NCBI GenBank assembly: GCA_027001995.1
Contig: JALTLO010000180.1
Span: forward strand, 13,817-31,154
Origin: Planctomycetota bacterium
Lineage (GTDB): Bacteria > Planctomycetota > GCA-002687715 > DRQF01
Reading direction: 5' to 3'
Length of the DNA: 17,338 nt
Each line of letters opens with the position of its first letter. Positions within the stretch are counted from its first letter, which is position 1. A program made the translations under genes and the position numbers. This document shows positions 14,564 through 17,338 of this stretch, in pieces. The notes below the pieces were generated by a model. That model did no database searches and was not told the origin of the DNA. It was given only the letters and a program-made list of their open reading frames with translations.

Positions 14564-15964
14564 TCAGGTGAGGGCTGGGGAGGCGCTGAGAGCCGAGAAA
14601 TCGCCTTGAGCTACTCTGGCCCGGTCGTCTTCATCCAAACTGAGTACGGTGAGTTTGGCGCAGGCGGGATCTTCTGATCCCAGGTCGACAACCAAGATCC
14701 CTTTTAGGCATTGGCTGAGCCGTTTGAGAATATTGCTGTCACGATCTTGGTTGCTGAACGACCTGATGCGGTCAGAGAGATCGGAAAGGTCTTCCGCTTC
14801 CAAAGTCGCCAAGACCAATCCCGTCCGTGTGGCCACCACACAGGCGTCATGGAGCATCGGTGAGTCGGTGACTTCGTCAACGGCGATCACGTCAGACCCT
14901 TGGTCGATGGCGCTTTGCAGTCCACCGTTCTGGCTCAAAGAGAAACGATGGATGTCGGCACGGATGAGGAATCCACATTCTTCGGTGAATTCGAAGGTCT
15001 GGGTGCGCCCGAATGAGGTGATCAAGAGGTCCTTGCTCCGCAGTCCGTCTTCCAGCATGGCGCTGAGTAGGCTGGTCTTGCCGCTGGCCAGAGGGCCGAC
15101 GAGCAGATAGAGACCATTTTCTTGACATAGAATCGAACGGAGAGGTTCTGCATCGGGGACCAAGCTTGCGAGGGTGGGGATACTCTTACTTGCAGGGCTG
15201 AATATCAGGGCTGGTCTGCCAGAATCGTGGTAGCCCCTCACTTGAAATGTTCCGGCTCCGTCGGCGGAATAGTAGACTGATACTTCGTGGTTCTCGGCTA
15301 ATTCAGCGGCTTCTCCTGGGGAGAGCAAAGTGTCCAAGAATCCTGAGATCTCGTGGGGTTTGATCGATTCTTGCTTGATCGTGGTGAACCCTTCTTTTGT
15401 CTTAATTCGGGGTTGAGCACCAGGACGGAGGAAAAGAGCTGTTCCGCCTAAATCATTGAGTGCCACCAAAAGAGAGTCGAAGGCACTGACTGTGTAGAGT
15501 TCTCGGACGGGTGATGTGTCCGCAGCGACCTTGTCGAAAACGCGGGTGAGCTCGTTCCTGAATTTGTCTTCGAATTGCTCTTCGATGGCAGCAGAAGCAT
15601 CAGACTCATCGTCACTGATGGTATCGTCGCGGGTCTGTTCATCAAGGTTGCGCGCGATCTCTAATAGAAGGTTCTCGGTATTCAGTTTGATGTTGCGTTC
15701 TCGAGGCGCGACATCAAATTCCATACGGAATCGGCCCCCGCGCCAAAAGAAGATCTTAAATGCTGCCCGCTCTCCGGTTCGCAAGTCATCGTCGATGGCT
15801 GAAATGATCTGGCCATTTTCGAAATAGAGAAAACCCTTTTTGCCACTTCGTTCGACGGTGACGAGAGCCGTCTTGCGACTCATCATCAAGGTATGCGTGA
15901 TGTCAAAGATACTGAAGTTACTCAGGTCTCCGTCAACACACTTGTCGTTCTTTGCCGTCGTCAT
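14564..15964 (-). CDS. DUF4388 (PATAN-like) domain fused to a degenerate PilT/PilU-like ATPase
   Basis: The N-terminus GDLSNFSIFDITHTLMMSRKTALVTV...GFLYFENGQIISA...GERAAFKIFFWRGGRF...NTENLLLEIARNLDE fits the DUF4388 pattern. The C-terminal part is collinear with the adjacent PilT: Walker A LVGPLASGKTSLL and Walker B DVIAVDEVTD. Confidence 0.85.
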   Translation of the reverse strand: MTTAKNDKCVDGDLSNFSIFDITHTLMMSRKTALVTVERSGKKGFLYFENGQIISAIDDDLRTGERAAFKIFFWRGGRFRMEFDVAPRERNIKLNTENLLLEIARNLDEQTRDDTISDDESDASAAIEEQFEDKFRNELTRVFDKVAADTSPVRELYTVSAFDSLLVALNDLGGTALFLRPGAQPRIKTKEGFTTIKQESIKPHEISGFLDTLLSPGEAAELAENHEVSVYYSADGAGTFQVRGYHDSGRPALIFSPASKSIPTLASLVPDAEPLRSILCQENGLYLLVGPLASGKTSLLSAMLEDGLRSKDLLITSFGRTQTFEFTEECGFLIRADIHRFSLSQNGGLQSAIDQGSDVIAVDEVTDSPMLHDACVVATRTGLVLATLEAEDLSDLSDRIRSFSNQDRDSNILKRLSQCLKGILVVDLGSEDPACAKLTVLSLDEDDRARVAQGDFSALSASPALT

Positions 15965-15991
15965 GTCTTGCTTCTCTACTTGCTATCTAAC

Positions 15992-17053
15992 TTAGACACC
16001 CATGAGCATTTTCTGGAACATGGCTTTGTCTTTGGCATGTTTGATTGCTTCTTTTACGTCAATTTGGCCGCTGGTGATCAGCTGTTCTAAAGCTGAGTCC
16101 ATGGAGATCATGCCGTCCTTCTTGCCGGTTTGAATGATGGAATCCAATTGGAAAGTCTTGCCTTCACGGATCAAGTTGGAAACGGCAGGGGTCACCGAGA
16201 GAATCTCGATGGCGGCGCAGCGACCCATTCCGCCTTTCTTGGGCAGCAAGCGTTGGGCGACCACACCCCGGAGAGCTTCCGACAGCATGACGCGAATTTG
16301 GTCTTGCTCACCAGCGGGGAAGACATCGACGATTCGGTCGACTGTACCGGCGGCAGAGTTGGTATGAAGAGTGCCAAAGACAAGGTGGCCAGTTTCGGCT
16401 GCGGTGAGCGCCAATTGAATTGTCTCCAAGTCGCGCATTTCGCCCACCAGAATGATATCCGGATCTTCCCGAAGAGCGGCCCTCAAAGCACTGGTGAAGT
16501 CTCGGGTTGTTGAACCCACTTCCCGCTGATTGATCAAGCATTGTTTCATGGGGTGTACGAATTCAATGGGATCTTCCACGGTCAGAATGTGCTTCGAATA
16601 GTTGGCATTGATGTAGTCGATCATGGCAGCCAATGTTGTGGACTTGCCGGACCCTGTGGCCCCCGTCACCAACACCATGCCCCGTGGCATGTCGCAGAAT
16701 TGGGTCAGCCGCTCTGGGAGATTGAGCTGATCCATGGTGAGGATTTCTGTGGGAATAAGGCGGAAAACTGCGGAGATGCCGTTCTTTTGCTCAAAAATGT
16801 TGCAGCGAATCCGTGTCACGCCTGGGATTTCGTAGGAAAAATCGATGTCTTTGGTCGCATCGAATTCTTTGACTTGCTCAGGAGTCATGAGCTCGTAGAG
16901 AAGTTTTCGATTGAGATCTGGGGTCAGCTCGGCGTACTCGATGGGTTGAAGCTTAGAACTTAGACGGACCATGGGCTTCGATCCCGACGCCATGTGAAGA
17001 TCGCTGGCGCCCTGTTCCTTGATAATCTTGAAAATCTCGTCGATCGCAGCCAT
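15992..17053 (-). CDS. pilT: Type IV pilus retraction ATPase PilT
   Basis: ASDLH, Walker A GATGSGKSTTLAAMID, Asp box TVEDPIE, Walker B ALREDPDIILVGEMRD, His box AETGHLVFGTLH, and the AIRNLIRE-like AVSNLIREGK. 353 aa. Confidence 0.96.
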   Translation of the reverse strand: MAAIDEIFKIIKEQGASDLHMASGSKPMVRLSSKLQPIEYAELTPDLNRKLLYELMTPEQVKEFDATKDIDFSYEIPGVTRIRCNIFEQKNGISAVFRLIPTEILTMDQLNLPERLTQFCDMPRGMVLVTGATGSGKSTTLAAMIDYINANYSKHILTVEDPIEFVHPMKQCLINQREVGSTTRDFTSALRAALREDPDIILVGEMRDLETIQLALTAAETGHLVFGTLHTNSAAGTVDRIVDVFPAGEQDQIRVMLSEALRGVVAQRLLPKKGGMGRCAAIEILSVTPAVSNLIREGKTFQLDSIIQTGKKDGMISMDSALEQLITSGQIDVKEAIKHAKDKAMFQKMLMGV

Positions 17054-17112
17054 GTGAAAGTCCCCGATTTATTTCTCTTGGTCTGGAAGGATGGCCCAGA
17101 CTTGCTTCTCTT

Positions 17113-17140
17113 TCATCGGGTGAATCAAACTATTCCGTGA
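17113..17140 (-). promoter_or_regulatory. Possible sigma28/FliA-like promoter upstream of pilT
   Basis: Minus strand TCAC-N16-CCCGATGA compared with consensus TAAA-N15-GCCGATAA, about 60 nt upstream of the pilT ATG. The match and spacing are imperfect. Confidence 0.2.
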
Positions 17141-17294
17141 CTTCCGGATCTTTATTCAGGGATTCGGGCGCTTGTTTCCTGTCCGCAAGACAAATTCTAG
17201 CAATAACTTGAGTTCGTCTGGGTATTTAGTCGATACAGACACCAGTGGCTTCTGTGGGTAACGACGGGTGGCCGCGTTTCGAATCGAGCTTTTG

Positions 17295-17325
17295 TTGCGC
17301 CGGTTCGGAAAGAGGGTGGTAGAAT
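17295..17325 (+). promoter_or_regulatory. Possible sigma70 promoter with extended -10, pointing out of the window
   Basis: TTGCGC (17295-17300), a 19-nt spacer, then TG-G-TAGAAT (-10 at 17320-17325). It is divergent from pilT. Confidence 0.35.
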
Positions 17326-17338
17326 GACCACCACGGGA

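Noticed and set aside
14564..15964. Calling this gene pilU or a pseudogene
   Set aside because: PilU retains the Asp and His boxes, which are lost here. The ORF is uninterrupted with an added domain, so it is not evidently a pseudogene.
1..17338. CRISPR arrays, IS elements, rRNA or complete tRNA, and the many antisense or nested ORFs in the track
   Set aside because: No spaced direct repeats, transposase or integrase motifs, or RNA gene signatures were seen by eye. The nested ORFs are shadows of the long genes.

Overview
Bacterial chromosomal window with about ten genes, mostly on the minus strand. The gene families suggest a Planctomycetota-like organism, which is an inference. From left to right it holds: the 5' part of a Hanks-type Ser/Thr kinase running off the left edge (not in the ORF track); a secreted jelly-roll/Ig/MAM-domain protein; a divergent GT4 glycosyltransferase followed by a terminator; a translationally coupled SbcD/Mre11-like + SbcC/YhaN-like pair; two tandem paralogous secreted discoidin (F5/8C) + prenyltransferase-like barrel proteins; a membrane-anchored carboxypeptidase-regulatory-like domain protein; a DUF4388/PATAN-PilT-like fusion; and a canonical pilT. 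The most notable signals are two apparent pseudo-enzymes, each next to a largely intact ATPase. One is an Mre11 homologue lacking 3 of 7 metal ligands, paired with an SMC-like ATPase that has a hydrophobic hairpin instead of a zinc hook. The other is a PATAN-fused PilT paralogue lacking most catalytic motifs, directly downstream of pilT. Two intergenic regions are hairpin-rich and share an exact 13-mer. No CRISPR array, rRNA, complete tRNA or mobile element was seen.
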